From the IMG/VR virus record IMGVR_UViG_2529293061_000007: DNA of 35,846 nucleotides. One strand, 5' to 3'. This document shows, piece after piece, positions 35,520 through 35,846 of the stretch. The translations under genes and the position numbers were made by a program. This DNA comes from a virus (lineage: Duplodnaviria; Heunggongvirae; Uroviricota; Caudoviricetes). Position 1 is the stretch's first letter. Every line of letters starts with the position of its first letter. The notes beneath the pieces are model-generated. The model was given only the letters and a program-made list of their open reading frames with translations, did no database searches and was not told where the DNA came from.

Positions 35520-35846
35520 ATGGAAAAGACATATTATTTTAATCCCTCTGATTCGGGATTTTATATTTCACCAGATAGCCAAACCATTCCTGAGAACGCT
35601 ACGAAAATAAACTTTACTATTTATTCTGAGTTCGCAGGAGTTGCATGGCCTGATGGTAAAATACTTGGTTCAGATAAAAATGGTTTTCCAGCATGGCAGG
35701 ATGCGCCACCACTTACCAGCGAAGAATTAATCTCAATCGCTGAATCAAATAAACAGCGATTAGTTAATCAGGCCAACGAATACATGAACAGTAAACAATG
35801 GCCTGGTAAAGCGGCGATTGGTCGTCTGAAAGGTGAGGAACTGGCG
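35520..35846 (+). CDS. tail fiber assembly protein (partial, truncated by window end)
   Basis: GGGG RBS; translation MEKTYYFNPSDSGFYISPDSQTIPENATKINFTIYSEFAGVAWPDGKILGSDKNGFPAWQDAPP... typical of Tfa chaperones; follows the fiber gene. Confidence 0.6.
   Translation, partial: MEKTYYFNPSDSGFYISPDSQTIPENATKINFTIYSEFAGVAWPDGKILGSDKNGFPAWQDAPPLTSEELISIAESNKQRLVNQANEYMNSKQWPGKAAIGRLKGEELA

Overview
The window opens with chromosomal proA and a tRNA-Thr(CGU) gene (thrW-type), followed by about 34.4 kb of a prophage whose left junction abuts the tRNA and whose right end lies beyond the window. The prophage is a mosaic: a P22/SfV-like integrase and excisionase; an early-left block resembling the CPS-53 yfdP-yfdT genes (that resemblance is from memory, not a search); a lambda-like immunity region (cI, GTAC-type operators, cro); an O-like replication gene with internal iterons; a nin-like region (Dam methylase, LexA-DBD protein, RusA, KilA-N, DUF968, Q); a lambda-type lysis cassette (S, R, Rz/Rz1); HK97-like packaging and head genes; and a Mu-like contractile tail. 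No CRISPR array, transposase, retron RT or rRNA was seen. The most interesting unexplained content is: (1) a GC-rich, ORF-free segment of about 420 bp with a perfect 15-bp inverted repeat next to the immunity region; (2) a convergent small-ORF pair at the rexAB-equivalent position; (3) three AT-rich cargo (moron) genes at Q-S, after Rz, and inside the tail module between the tape-measure and gpN-like genes, the latter two with their own terminator, the Q-S one carrying Rx4H (HEPN-like) motifs. Three separate apparent frameshifts sit at homopolymer runs (cII-O interval, tail sheath, tail fiber); these may be sequencing artefacts or real decay. All functional calls are from reading the translations and motifs by eye; no database search was run.
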